Shown: positions 1 to 14,653 of the stretch, piece after piece | Numbering within the stretch: position 1 is the first letter of the stretch | How the letters are laid out: every line of letters starts with the position of its first letter | DNA from: Mobula hypostoma | Lineage: Eukaryota | Assembly (NCBI RefSeq): GCF_963921235.1 | Contig: NC_086108.1 | Span: forward strand, 79,548,001 to 79,612,000 | DNA: 64,000 bases | Direction: 5' to 3' | Made by a program: the position numbers and the translations under genes | Notes under the pieces: generated by a model | Database searches by the model: none | What the model saw: the letters and a program-made list of their open reading frames with translations, nothing else | Told to the model about the DNA's origin: nothing

Positions 1-959
1 CTCCTGAATCGCCGCCTTCACCACTGGTGCACATGGCTGCAATGTATACTGCCTACGAATTTGTACTGCCATTCTCTGCTCAGGGTATTTGACAGTTCCT
101 CAAACCCACAACTTCTACCATGAGAAAGGATAAGAGTAACAGTCACATGGAATCACCATCACCCACAGGTCCCCTCCAATTTGCACACCATCCTGACTTG
201 GAAATATATCACTGGTCACTGGAACTGAATCCTGGAGCGGTCTGAGTTTACCAGCAGATCTACAGTGCTTTTATGAAATGGCTCACAACCACCTTAGTGA
301 TAATCTTTGAATGTCGGTCCTGCTGGCAGTACACAGGTCGTAAAAGAATAAAAGGATGATCTTGGTAACAAATCTTTTCAGATCTGATTTCTAGGATCTT
401 CCCTGGGAGTTTTGCTTTCCTCAGCAGTATTTATAGCCCTTCAATTAGTTAAAAATGGTAGCTCCCTGAGAAAAAAAATACCTCTATAATAAAATTGTAC
501 TTTATATGGTGACTTATGAAAAGAATCTTTATTTTTGAGTTGCAGTTATTTTAGACCCTTTTCATACTGTCGGTGCTGATACTGATTTTAATTCACCTGC
601 TAACAGTGACTGTGTTGAACATGCTAAACACTTGACCGTAAGTGGACTGCAACTCAAGAGTGCTGGCCCTATCTGTTTTTTGCTTGACACCTAGAGGAGT
701 CCAGTTTGCTTCAGAAGTCAGTGTTACATTCAGGAATAGAAACTCGGTCTATTTTCTTACTGTTCCTTAGCACAGAGGTCAGTTGTGTTGTTATTCCCTC
801 CTCTCCCTCTATACCACACCTCCGTAAAGAAAGCCCAAAACAAGGCTGGTTTATGGTCATGTGCACAAGTGCAGTGAGGTACCGACACGATGAAGGCTTG
901 CTTGCAGTAGCATCACAGTCACATAGATACAAATGCTGCACAGAACATAATTATACCAT

Positions 960-1200
960 ACATATCAGCACACACTAAATGCTGGAGGTGAGCAGGTGAG
1001 GCAGCACTTGAATAAATAGTCAGCGTTTCAGGCCAAGACCCTTCTTCAGAACTGGAAAGGAAGGAGGAAGAGGCCAGAACAAAAAAGGTAGGGGGAGGGG
1101 AAGAAGGATCGCTGGAAGGTGATGGGTGAAGCCAGGTTGAGTGGGAAAGGTAAAGAGCTGGAGAAGAAGGAATATGATAGGAGAGGGGAGTGGGTACATG
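960..1200 (-). mobile_element. PLE 3' tail fragment with degenerate hammerhead (similar solo tails at ~31370-31640 -, ~44378-44600 -, ~48200-48320 -, ~58800-58930 +, ~59388-59518 -)
   Basis: Shared gatgctggaggaactcagcagg-like tail and cgtttcaggcc.agacccttc.tcag motif. Confidence 0.65.
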
Positions 1201-1483
1201 TATACCATACCATATGCCATCCATGTACCTGCCTGTTTGACCCAAGTTATCGGTCACCTCTCTGAATTAATGTGTTTCAATCTCAAATCTTACCTAACAC
1301 TGCTCTGAAGTGCTTTAAGGTATTGATATACAGTGTTTTTACAGGGATGTAACTATCACTTCATCCAAAACTTTTAAACATTGATCCTTGTAGGAGCTTC
1401 ATAGTGCTGTTAAGGTATTTCATGACATATAAAGTGCATTCTGAACTGGTAGTCTCTTGTTGTTTACCTACTTCCTATCTTGA

Positions 1484-1696
<213 letters not shown>

Positions 1697-1743
1697 TGAC
1701 TGAAGAGAAGAGTGGTAAGGGATGCTCTGACAATGTCTTTAAA

Positions 1744-2040
1744 GCACGGTAGCATAGCAAATAAGCATGATGCTTCACAGCGCGAGTTATTACTGCCGCT
1801 GTCTGTAAGGAGTTTCTATGTTCCCGTGGCTGCATGGGTATCTTCCAGGTGTTCCGGTTTTCTCCCACATTTCAAAGACGTGCGGGTTAGAGTTAGTGAG
1901 TTGTGGGCGTGCTTTGTCAGTGCTGGAAGCATGGCAACACTTGCAGAGTGCCCAGCACAACCTTCGCTGATTTGATTTGACGCAAACGATGCATTTCCCT
2001 GTATGCTCCAATGTGCATGTGACAAATAAAACTAATCCTT
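1744..2040 (+). mobile_element. tRNA/V-domain-type SINE (related copies ~30870-31140 -, ~32580-32830 -, ~39345-39645 -, ~58340-58585 +)
   Basis: V-like core gggtatcttccaggtgttccggttttctcccaca...aaagac. Tail catgtgacaaataaa. Confidence 0.7.
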
Positions 2041-3266
2041 TTCTTCCTTAAATCTCCCTGGGTTACAACTTCACACTGCTTGTACTTTAAACGTGTGGGG
2101 CAGGTTATTGAACTCAACAAAGAGTTACCTTGTTTATATAAAAGGAGACAGCCTCATTTTCGAAAACAGGCATGGGTAGAGTGGATGTGGAGACGATGTT
2201 TCCTATAGTGGATAAGTCGAGAGCCAGAGGGCACAGTCTCAGAATAGAAAGAAGTCCTTTTGAACCCAGATGAGGAGGAATTTCTTCAGCCAGACAATGG
2301 TGAACCTCTAGAAATCATTGCCACATAAGACTATGGAGGACAAGTCACGGGGTATATTTAAAGTGGAGGTTGATAGGTTCTTGATTAAAAGGCAGGAGAA
2401 TGGTGTTCAGAGAGATAATAAATCAGGCATGATGGAATGGCAAAACAGACTTGATGTGCCAAGTGGCCTAATACTGCTCTCGTGACTTGTACAGGATTCC
2501 AGTCAAGACAGAGTTCTTATTTGGCTCAAGAAACCAATTGCTAACTACTGCAAATGTGTAGATTTCCAGATGACTGATTTAGCTATGTGAAGGAGTTTTT
2601 ATTTCTGAAAAACTTGGCTTGCCCTTGCACATCATCATAGCACGTTGCTGTTGACCATATAAAAATTTCAGCATATGTAATTTTCACAGTAACAGTAGGC
2701 ACAATTTTGATGAAACTGCACCAACTATATTTCCAGAAAGATGAGCAGTGTAGAAATGTAGAATAAAGGATGAATCTGAAAATTTGTTCCAGGCAACAAC
2801 CCCTTGAGACGCGAATCACATTTACAAGAACTATGTTCCAGCAGTTCATGACAGTCAAATGATCTCCAGCAATGGTTCTACACTTCATCAGCTTCCCAAC
2901 TTCCATTAAAAACATTTACTTTAGAACTCGCCAATATAGATTTCCTCAGCTTATTTTGGTTTGTTTAAAGAGAGGTATTTGTGGTTTGTTGGCTAACCCA
3001 ATTTGAAGTGAAACATACTCAGTCATGCTGTGAGAATTGAAGTTACAAAAACAGCCCTTTAGGCTCTGCCTAGATGGAAACGGTAGCTGATGTAACTAAA
3101 AGTAATAGGCATTGCTACTGGGGGAAGAAATATCTCTGTCTCTCTCCACAAACACACAAGGATTCCCATCCTATGCAGCGATGGCTGCTCTTCTATTCTG
3201 TCAACTGGAAATATAGATATTTGAAAAGGAGATGAGAATGAAAAGTTAAACAAATGGTAAATATTC

Positions 3267-3485
3267 TCACAGAACGCTAGAGGAATTCAGCAGGCCAGGC
3301 AGCACCTATGGAAAAGAGTAAACTGTCAAAGTTTCGGGCTGAGACCCTTCAGCAGTACCCTGATAAAGGGTCTCAGTCCAAAACGCCGACTGTACTCTTT
3401 TCCATAGATGCTGCCTGGCTTGCTGAGTTCCTCCAGCATTTTGTGTGTGTTGCTTGGATTTCCAGCATCTGCAGATCTTTTTCTT
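3267..3485. mobile_element. Degenerate PLE-tail hairpin element
   Basis: gaggaattcagcaggccaggcagcacctatggaaaagagta... pairs with ...tactcttttccatagatgctgcctggcttgctgagttcctc, with two decayed hammerhead cores meeting near 3358. Confidence 0.75.
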
Positions 3486-3904
3486 ATTTAGTGAATGTCT
3501 TCCTCAGTCATGGACTGTCCATTGTTACAAAGAATAGAATGCTTGCAACTGAACTTACATTTTTGTTCATATCCACTAACATTAATTTAAGCTGGACCTT
3601 AAATTTAGCTTTAAAGTTTAATTGATATTGAAAATTTGGGGTTATACAAAAAGAAAAGAAGATGTAATGTCATACACCCAGTCCAATATTCTTAGAAGCA
3701 AGAGAAAGAATAAAAAGTTGTTTTGATTTTCCTTAAAAATAACAACCATTGACATAATTGATCATAGAAACCTTCAGTGCCATACCACTATGAACCTCTC
3801 TCATACTGATCCATTTGGTCCTGTCAGGTGATAGCTGTAGTATTTTTAAAAATCTCCTCACCCTCTGCATTGTTACATCATGGAGGTCTGTAATTCGATT
3901 ATTT

Positions 3905-5340
3905 TATAAGTCCATAAGATACAAGAGCAGAATTAAGCCATTTGGTCATTTGGCTCGGTGAGTCTGCTCTGCCATTTTATCATGACTGATCCATTTTCCC
4001 TCTCAGCCCCAATCTCCTGCCTTCTCCCCGTATCCCTTGGTGCCCAGATTAATCAAAAATCTATCAACTTCTGTCTTAAATATACCCTATGACTTGGCCT
4101 CCACAGCTGCTTGTGGCAACGAATTCCACAGATTCTTATCTCTCCAGGTAAGGAACTTCCTCCTCGTCTCTGTTCTAAAATGATGCCCCTCTATTCTGAA
4201 GCTGTGTCCTCCAGTCTTCGACTCTCCCACCACAGGAAACATTCTCTTCACATCGACTTTGTCAAAGCCTTTCAACATTCGATAGGTTTCAATGAGGTCA
4301 CCCCTCATTCATTTGAATTCCAGTGAGAAGAGACCCAGTGCCCTCAAATGTTCATCGTATGATAGACCTTTCAATACTGGAAACATTTTTGTCAATCCCC
4401 TCTGAACCCAATGTCAGCACATCATTTCTTAGATAAGGGCCCAGAACTGCTCACAATACCCCAAGTGAGGCCTCACCAGTGCTTTATAAAGCCTCAACAT
4501 TACATCCTTGCTTTTATATTTTAGTTCTCTCTAAATGAATGCTAAAATCGTATTTGCTATCCTCACCACAGACTCAACCTGCAAAATAACCTTTAGAGAA
4601 TCCTGCACACAGACTCCCAAGTCCCTTTGCACTTCAGATTTTTAAAATTTTCTCTCCAGTTACAAAATAGTCTACGCTTTTATTTCTGCTACCAAAGTGC
4701 ATGACCACACACTTCCCAACACTGTATTCCATCTGCCACTTCTTCGTCCATTCTCCTAATCCGTCTAATTTATTCTGTAGCCCCTCTGCTTCCTCAAAAC
4801 TACCTACCCCTCTACCTGTCTTCATATTGTCTACAAACTTGGCCACAAAGCCATCAATTTTGCCATATAACATAAAAAGAAGCGGTCCCAACACAAACTC
4901 CTGTGGAACACCTCTAGTCACCGGCATCCAACCAGAAAAGGCTCCCTTTATTCTCACTCTTTGCCTCCTGCCAATCAGCCAATGCTCTAACCATTTTAGT
5001 ATCTTTCCTGTGATACCATGGGCTCGTAGCTTGTTAAGCAGCCCCACGTTTGGCACCTTGTCAAAGGCCTTCTGAAAATCCAAGTACACAACATCCAGTG
5101 ATTCTCCTTTGTCTATCCTGCTTGTTATTTCTTCAAAGAATTCCAACAGATTTGTCAGGCAAGATTTTCTGTTAAGGAAACCAAGCAGCCTACGGGCTAT
5201 TTTATCGTCTGCCTGCAAGTATCCCGAAACCACATTCTTAACAATCGACTACAACATCTTCCCAACCACTGAGGTCAAACTAACTGGCCCATAATTTCCT
5301 TACTCTGCCTTTCTCACTTCTGGGAAAGTGGAGTGACATA
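3905..5340 (-). mobile_element. CR1 LINE 3' portion (RT)
   Basis: ORF 4634..5233 YLDFQKAFDKV, GVPQ, KFVDN. ORF 4087..4308 RGDLIETYR...WNSLP. Confidence 0.88.
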
Positions 5341-5926
5341 TGCAATTTTCCAGTATTCCTGAACCATGCCAGAACCCCTGGAAAATAAGTTTGCTTTCAC
5401 ATCTGTTCCCCTGGCATGCACCTCTCTTTATTCAGTTCTATGACATTTCTTCTGGCCAATATCCAGTTTTGGATGGGCTGTACTATCTTCAGTTAAATTT
5501 TGGGAAGATCGAATCATTCACAATTTCACTTGTCTATAACCTCCTTAGTAGCCATAGAAAGAAGTTATGTTTAGCAATTAAACAATTGAGGCAATATCTT
5601 TTCTATTATCTTTGGGTCCCTTTAACTTTTTGGCCATGTTTTGCATTCCATGTGAGATTCTGAGTTTTTAAAAGTAGCCACCTACCGTACTGGTGTGAAA
5701 ATGAACTAATCACATTGCATCATAATTTAACAATTTAGAGAGTGGTTGTTAAATACTTTTTTTTACATTAAGTTTGTGATTTCAACATTTTTTCCCTGTG
5801 CAACATTCTTTGTGTTTCTTTCTTTTCCAAAAAGTGAACTTCTTTAAAAAAAAATTCTTCAAAATGAAGAGGATATCATTTGATGCAGTATTGTTTCTCG
5901 GGATCGCCCTTAAATTTCCTTCCTGA

Positions 5927-6160
<234 letters not shown>

Positions 6161-8429
6161 TGACCTTTCTCCAGACTGCTTTCCCCGATTATAAACTTGA
6201 TCAGGTATCACACTGCATTTGTTATTCAGCAAAGATAATGTATAAAATAGAACATGAAACAAAGGAATGAGGAGAACAGCTTCCAATTTTAGAAGCACAG
6301 AGCAGGAGCTGTCAGCATCTTTAAATTTAAAAGACAAGCTATACATTTTAGGTTTGTTCCCTTCAGCTCTGAAGACAAGAAGACAAGCAAACAAGCATTT
6401 TAATAATGCTCAAAAGAAGTTAACAGAAAGGAAAGGAAAGAAGCAAAATAACCACATTGACATGGAGCTGACAGGCAGCCGACTGCTTCAGTTAATCTAT
6501 TCGATGATATTAAGGTCATCAGCGGAATCATCAGGGATGTGAAAGAGGGGAAAAGTAATATTCATGAAGATGAAAAGGCGTACAAACAAATGTTTACAAA
6601 TATAGGGAAAATTAAATAATAGATAAAAGAGAAAGCTCCCTGTGTAAATGCAGGGGACTAGAGGCTGTAATGTGGAGCATAAAATAAACAACTTGAGGAA
6701 CTCAGCAGGTCATGCAGCGTCTTTGGAAGAAAAGGAATGGTTGGATTTCGAAATGGGACTCGTTTAGGACTCTGAATACTTTCCTTCCATGGATACTGTC
6801 TGATCTATTGAGTTCCTCCAGTGGTTTTATTTTAGGCTCTCTTTGAAATTAAGCAACAAAATTCAAGTGAAAAGTAACGTATTTAACAGGAGTAAGCAGA
6901 GGAAAGGCAAAACCATTCTATAGGCTCAATTGGCAATGAACTGGTTCCCCATGGCAAAGAATCCACCTCTTCTGCCACATGCGGTCAGGCCCTACCCCAT
7001 CAGAAGATCTCCAGGCTATGACAGAAATGAAAGGTAGTTAGGAACTGAAGATGTTACAGTGACTGTTCAGACCTCTGACTGGAGAAAGCCCGGCAGGAAG
7101 ATGAGAATTTCTCCGAATACTCTTTGAACTTCTGTGGAATGAGGTCGATGTGAATTTTTAAATCCTCTATAATTTAAAAAAAAATTCATAAAAATAATTT
7201 ACAAATGCAGAAAGCAAGTAGGTTGATGGGGAAAAAAGTAGGATACGGTACTGAAAGTTGAGAGTACATTATGTGAATTGAAAAGCTTTTAAATGTCATC
7301 CTGCATCCTTGCTGATGTGATATGCTCTATTTATTTCCCATTTGTGCACTCGAGAAATGTGCATGACCGGTAATGTTAATAGAAACAATCCATAACTAAA
7401 TAAAAGGTATGGTTCATTCCATAATGATAAATTTGTGGGCATTTCTGCTATCTTATTTTGGTTTATGCATTTCAATATTGATGTTTGCCTGTATTAATGT
7501 TCATTCTATTTTAAATCTGTTGGTTGGAAACCACCTGAATGACCAAGTGTTATCCTGAAATCTCTCTGTCATAACATTCACTCTAATGGCATTATTGCTG
7601 GGAATGGTGAGCTATAGACAATGTTGTCCACTTGATTCAATATTGAAAGATTATCATTCATCAGGAAGAGTGGGATCATCCCTTTTGCCAATAACTAGCA
7701 GAATAGATAAAGAGGAATGAGTGTTTGTGTTCTATGTGCTTTTCAGAATCAGAGTCACGTTTAATATCCCCAGCATATGTCGTGAAATATGTTAACTTTG
7801 TGGCAGCAGTACAATGCAGTACATGATAAATATAGGAAAAATCTGAATTACAGTAAGTATATAAATGTGTATTGAATAGTTAAAATAAGTAGTGCAAAAA
7901 CAGAATTTTTTTTAAAGTACTCACGTAGTATTCATGGGTTTAATGTCCATTTAGAAATCAGATGGCAGAGGGGAAGAAGCTGTTCCTGAATCGCTGAGTG
8001 TGTATCTCCTACCTGATGGTAACAGTGAGAAGAGGGAATGTCCTGGGTGGTGGGAGTCCTTAGTGATGGACATTGCCTTTCTGAGGCACCGCTCCTTGAA
8101 GATGTCTTGGTTAGTATGGAGGCTAATACCCCTGATGGGGCTGATGAATTTTACAACTTTCTGCAGCTTACTTAGATCCTGTGCAGTAGCCGCCCCCATA
8201 CCTGATGGTGATGCAGCCTGTCAGAATGCTCTCCACAATGTATCTAGAAGTTTTCAAGTGTTTTAGGTGACAAACCAAATCTCCTCAAACTCCTCATGAA
8301 GTATAGCCACTGTATAGGGCCTTTGATAAGGTGCAACAGAAGGAATTATAATACAAAGGAAAATCATTAAAAAACATTTTAGCTTAGTTGAACAGCGTCA
8401 GCGCTGTTATGCAATTAAACCCATTATAT

Positions 8430-8895
8430 TCAATAAAAATACCATCTAGGTAGTCTCCAGCCCCTTTGTATGAACATAGAATTATCCAACTTCCAGTAAT
8501 TCCCTCCCCCTCCCTTTCTTTATCCCTATGAACCTCTGCCCCCTCCCCCAGCTGCCTATCACCTCCCTTATGGTTCTGCCTCCTTCTACTACCCATTGTG
8601 TTTTCCCCTATTCTTTCTTCACCTTTCCTGCCCATCCCCTCCTGCTTCCCCTCCCCCACCCCTTTATCTTTCCCCTGACTGGCTTTTCACCTGGAACCTA
8701 CCAGCCTTCTCCTTCCCACCCTCCCCCCCACCTTCTTTATAGGGCCTCTGCCCCTTCCCTCTTCAGTCCTGATGAAGGGTTCCGGCCCGAAACGTTGACT
8801 GATCGTTTCCACGGATGCTGCCCGACCTGCTGAGTTCCTTCAACGTATTGTGAGTGTTGCTTTGACCCCAGCATCTGCAGTGTATTTTGTGTTTA
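8430..8895 (+). mobile_element. PLE 3' fragment (end of endonuclease, pyrimidine-rich UTR, hammerhead, tail)
   Basis: Similar to 53670-54128, ending gatgctgcccgacctgctgagttcc...cagcatctgcag. Confidence 0.75.
8764..8801 (+). ncRNA. Minimal type I hammerhead ribozyme motif
   Basis: CAGTC-CTGATGA-A-GGGT TCCG GCCC-GAAAC-GTT^GACTG, with a perfect 5-bp stem I CAGTC/GACTG. Confidence 0.8.
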
Positions 8896-9059
8896 AAACT
8901 AATTTCTTGTTTCTCCAAATTCTTATGTGATAATAATTGTCTGAAATTATATTTGTGTTCAGCTTCAAGTGGCCTATCATAACCACAAAAACAATCTGAG
9001 GAAGCAACACCTTAAAAACAAATTTGCTGTCCAGTGTTTTTGAACAGAATTAGAGCACT

Positions 9060-10920
9060 TGGGAAATAAAACTGAAAATGCTGGAATAACTCGGCATGAC
9101 AAGCAGCATCTGCGGAAAGAGAAACAATTAACTTTTCAGGTCCAGGGTCCTCCTTCGTCAAAAGCAAGAAAAAGAGAAGCAAGTTGGTCTGGGTAGCAGG
9201 AAAGGGTGATTGGTGGGACAAAGCTTGTAGGATGAAATAATGAATACAAGATTCTGCGCGTGCTGGAAATCCAAAGCAACATGCACAAAGATGCTGGAGA
9301 AACTCTGCAGGTCAGGCAGCATCTGTGGAGAGGAATAAACTGTGGATGTTTCAGGCCGAGACCCTTCACCAGCACTTGAAAGGAAGGGGGAAGAAGCCAA
9401 GTAAGAAATGGAGGCAGGAAAAGGAGTACAAGCTAACAGATAATAGGTAATACCATTGAGGGGGAAGGGGATGAAGTAAGAAGCAGGTTTCAATTTGACT
9501 TCCCATTCCCCTTTTGACATGTCAGCCCGTGGCCGCCTGTTCTGCTGCAATGGGGCTACTCTTGGGTTGCAGGAGCAACACCTCATACTCTGTCAGGGTC
9601 TCTGACCTGCCAGCATTAACACTAGTTTCTCTAACTTAGGGTAATTTCTCCCCCCTGCCCCTTCTCTTTTCCTCACCTGCCTCTGGTAGCCCTCCTCCTC
9701 CCCCTTTGCCCATGGCGCACTGTCCTCTCCTATCAGATTCCTCCTCCTGCAGCCCTTCACTTCTTCCAGCCATCTTGGCCCAAAAAAAAACACCTGTTTA
9801 ATTCCCCTCCATAGATGCTGCCTGACCTGCTGAGTTCCTCCAGCATTATGAAGGTGAAATAATGGTTTAGTTATTGTGATGTGAAATGTGTTGCAAATGT
9901 GGTTTAGACTATGCAAACAAAAATGAGGAAAAAAAGGAGGATAGCAGACAAAAGTGGACAAATAGACAAAGAAGAACAAATTAACTAAAAGTGGAGAATG
10001 TGATGTTGGGTCCTATAGGATTGTGTCCTAAAAACAATGAGGTGTTGTTCCTTTAGCTTGTATTGTAAAAGTGAAGGAGGTCACAGTCGGAAAGGGAAGA
10101 TTGATAGTAGGATGCAAATTAAAATGGCAGGCAACAGAGATCAGGGTTTATCGCTGTCGTCTTGAGTACAGGTTCTCTGTGAAGTCATCACCCAAACCGT
10201 GTGTGGTTTCTTCACTGTAAAGGAGGCCATCTTTTGAACAAGTAATACAGTAATCTAGACTGGAGGAATTACAAGTGAGTTGTTCTTTCGCTTGGAAATT
10301 CTGTCCAGTACCCTGGATGGTGGGGTGTGAAGAAGTGAAGGGATGGGTGTTGCTCCTCTTGCAGTTGCATGGGAAGGGGCTGTACAATGGGGACTATTAG
10401 ACAGAGACAGAAGAGCAGACAGTGAACCATTTCAAAATGTTGAAACAGAGGGGAATGCGTGTCTGACGATGGAATCTTGTTGGAGCTGGCAGAAACTTTG
10501 AAAGACACTGCAATGAATTCAGAGCTGGTGTGATACAGACTGGGGACCTCAATTTTTGTTCTGTTCGGGAGGAGAAGGGGAGAGAGCAGAGCTACAGGAA
10601 ATAGGTCAGATGCATTCCGGGGTTCTTTCTATGAAAGTAAAGTGGAGCCATAATTAAGAGAGAAGCAAGCAATTTGGAGTCAACTGTACAGAAGATTTCT
10701 TCAATGGATCAAATGTGATGAAGGAGGAGGAAATGGGAGGATGGAATAGAGTCCTTACTGGAGGTAAGGTGGATGGAAAGTAACTATGCAGGGTCTGTCA
10801 ATCTTGGTTGCTACTCTTATCACTTGCGATGAAAATGGAGAAGGGAAGGGAGAGTCAGAGATGGAACATATGAAGATGGGAGCAGGTTAGAAGTCTACAA
10901 AGGTAATGGAATTTTTGACC
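9060..10920 (-). mobile_element. Old degenerate Penelope-like element (interrupted by 9243-9850)
   Basis: ORF 10148..10387 PFPCNCKR...PTIQG..QNFQ...DYCITCSKDGLLY.EET matches the linker/GIY-YIG of the 51694-53733 ORF. Tail at 9060-9240. Confidence 0.7.
9243..9850. mobile_element. Tail-out inverted PLE insertion nested in an older PLE
   Basis: Minus-strand 3' tail ~9243-9487, then a plus-strand GIY-YIG C-terminal remnant and tail ~9488-9850. tgaaataatg is duplicated at 9233-9242 and 9855-9864. Confidence 0.7.
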
Positions 10921-13900
10921 TGCAGGAATTCTATACATTCTCTGATATTAAATTGGACCATTGAACCATCGAATTAGCACAATATTTCGGTCAACGTCTT
11001 GTGACTAGTGGGGTTGTAGGGATCAGTGCTGGCACCCCTGGCTATTCACAATCCATATTAATGATCTGGTTCAGGGGACCAAGTGTAATATAAACAAGCT
11101 TGATACAAAGCTGAGAAGCAGTGTGATTTGTAAGGAAAATGCAGAGAGGCTTCTTGGGGATAAAGACAATCTACATATAAGGATGAGGATGTGACAGATG
11201 GAATATAATGTGAAAGAGGGTATCCACTTTGGTGGGAAAAAAACCAGAAAGTCAGAATATTTTTAATTGGTGAGGGACCAGCATATTGGTGTAGTCACGA
11301 TGAAGGCATGGTAGTGACTAAACTTCATTTGGACCTTGAGAAGATTTAGTATGCCATCAATTTGCTAGCAAATTTCTACAGATGTACCGTGGAGGGGCAT
11401 ACGGACTGGTTGCATCACTGTCTGGTTCGGGGGTACCAATGCACAGGATTAAAAGAGCCAGCACAGGGTTTGAAGCTCAGCAAGCTCCATCTCGGGCACA
11501 AACTTCCCCATCACTGAGGACATCTTCAAAATACAATGCTCACCATCGGCACATGCCCTCATCTATTACTACTATCAGAGAGAAGGTGCAGGAATTTGAA
11601 GACCCATGCGCAGTGTTTTAGGAACAGTTTCTTCCCTTCTGGCGTAAGAATTCCGAATAGTCTGTGAACTCGTGAACACTATCTCATTATTCCTCTTCTG
11701 GGCCACCTAATATTTTTAATGATAACTGCAAATAATTTGGCACTGTACTACTGCCACAGAACAAAAAATTTCACGACTTATGTCAGTGACAATAAATGTG
11801 AATCTGATTCTATTGGTGTTCACTGTCAACTCCATAGTAAGTGAATCAGGAAGTTATTTGTAAGAACAGCAAGCAATTAGGCAGGCAAATCATACATTGG
11901 CATCTATTGCACAAGAGCTTGAATTAATGCATCTTTCCAAAATTATATAGGAGCCTCACCAGGACCACTCTTGGAAAATTGTGGACAGTTCAGCAGGGAT
12001 TTCCTTGGAATTGATGAAATTCAATGCAGGTTTACTAGATTGATTCCTGGCATCAGGGTGGGGGAATTGTCCTACCAGGAGATGTTAAGCAGACTGGCTT
12101 ATATTCACTTGGCTTAGAAGAGTAGGAAGTGATCTGTTTGAAACATCCAGCACTGTTAAAGGATTTGACAAGGCTGATGTAGGCAACGGTGATGTTTTCA
12201 TGTGGTTGGGCATATTGGGAACCAAGTGCCCGAAAACAAGAGGTCAGTACTTTAGCCTTGAAATTTCTTCATTCGAAAGGGTGGTAAATCTTTGGCATTC
12301 ACTCTCCACGTGGGTGTGGAGGCTCAGTCGTGAAAAATAAGACTGATAGACATTTGGATATTCTGGAAATGACATCTGAAGATAATACAGGAAAATGGTG
12401 CAGAAGGAAAAGATTGACCATTATCTTGCCGAGTGGTGGAGCAGGTGCGATGAGCTAAATAGTGCCTCTACGTCTGGTGTTCCTTTGTTCTCCCGCTCTA
12501 ATTTCAGAGATGGATACTATACAGAATGTTGCAAGAGGCTGCCGGAGGGGCATGGTTGGTGGAGGTGAGCATATGGGCTGTGAGTGGTCATGTCTGGGGG
12601 TCACAAAGTTGGTTCAGTTTTATGCAGATCCTTGGCAGAAGGCTGTACAGCACTTAACACTCCATGAGTGACAATGTGAAATGGTTCCTGTTTGGCACGT
12701 GCAGTAAAATTGTCAGGAAAATGAACTAGGAAAGAATCAGAAACAGGTTTAATATCACGGGCATATTTCATGACATTTGTTAACTTTGCAGCAGCAGTAC
12801 AATGCAATACATAATAATAGAGAGAAAACTGTGAATTACAGTAAATATGTGAATATCTTAAATAGCTAAATTAAATGTGTAGTGAAAAAATTAGAAATTT
12901 TTTTAAAAAGGTGAGGTCGTGTTCATGGGTTCATTGTCCATTCAGAAATCTTTTGGTGGAGGGGAGGAAGCATTCTTGAATCACTGAGTGTATCCTTTCA
13001 GGCTTCTGTACCTCCTTGCTGATGGTAGCCAATGAGAAATCGACATGAAAAAGTGCTTTCTAGACTTATAGTGCCCAGGCTGTTCGTGAGCTTGTTCTGT
13101 ACATAGAGAGAAATCGTAACAAAGAAACTGCACTTGCGAAAGCAAGCAAAGGTTAACTGATGTCTTGTGGCTCATGGCGCAGAATTAGCAGGAGAGAGGA
13201 GTGGGAGGTGGAAGCATGGTGAAGTGGACCAGCGTAAAAGAATGGGAAAAACATGAATTTGAAGCTGTCATTTAACACAGAGGACCCCAGGAAAAAAAAA
13301 TGGTCCATCACCGCTTCACACATTAGCTCACTAGATATCTTTGTAGGAGTTCTAAAATAAATAAGACTCCACTCATGTTGTGCAGCTAGGGAAATATATC
13401 TAAATCCTCATAAATTACTGTGCAGCTGAAAATTGAATTTACTTGTACCTTCATCATAAAATAATACTTCAATGCAAACGAGATCTGTGGAAGAGGATTA
13501 AATGCCTTTCATTCTGTCCTGATTTTTCTTGGTGAAGATTAGAAACCAATAGCTCCTATTTCTGTCTACGCAGTATTGTGGCTCTAGATTAAAACCTAAT
13601 TACATGTAACAGGAGAAAAATGGCATCTGTATTCAATATGAACCCGAAAGCTGACCTTAATCTTCCGCTGTGGTAGCGCATTCAATTCAGAATGTCTTTT
13701 GAATAAGCTGTCAGTAAGCAAAGGAAAAGGAGAGGCAAAAAAATTAATACCATAACCCAGTTTGACGAGATGGTGATTATTCAGCTACAGCAGATTCTGT
13801 TTCAGTCAACACAGCTTTACTGTGGCATAAATATGATGAATCCATTGGTCAGGGCTGAAGGATTTACAGTTCCAACAGGACAGAGTCGAATTGCATCTGT

Positions 13901-14653
13901 AGTCTGCGAGCTGGTGATAATTTAGTCCTTTTTTCATTTGCTTAATGGAATGCTTCACAGCAGCTTTCTCTTCCATTATTTATGGAAGAATTCCACTTTG
14001 TGTATATGTTCTTTAAGAACTTGAACCTGCTTGCCTTTGATTTGTAGTCACCTTTTATAGTACTTCTAGTACCTAAATGGGAAGCAATGTGTTGCCCTCC
14101 ACCATTCATTTCAGTGACTGAATTAAGATTACTTCAGTCTAATTGTACTAAAGTTGGAGAAAATATCGCAAATAACGATATGTGCAGCTTCAAACTTAAG
14201 TTTAGTCTGACATTAAATAAATTGGAGTTTTGTAAATATAATTTTCAAATGCACTGTTTAGTAAGATGCCTTGGCAGTACTTTTGTTAGATTCCCTACTT
14301 ACGTTGTTGGTCTGCTGAGCCTCCATCACTACCCCATCAAGGAAGCCGGTATTTATATCCCACCTTTCAAAATCTCCCCTCTCATTTGGTGCTCTTGTAA
14401 GTATCTTGAAACTTCGAAAATTGTCTGCAGGATGTTGGTCTACAATGCAACCTACAGTTTCAATAAATAAATGAAGTTCAAAAGTCATGTCAGATAAAAA
14501 AAAAATTCCACCACAAAAAACAGATTCAAAAATTTGGTACCAATTTGAATCAAGTGCTGAGTGGCTAATGAGTATTTTGTTTTGACAAATGCACATGTTT
14601 AATCTTGTTGACACAGCTCAGTATGAAACTATTGGTTTCAGAGATTTACCTCT

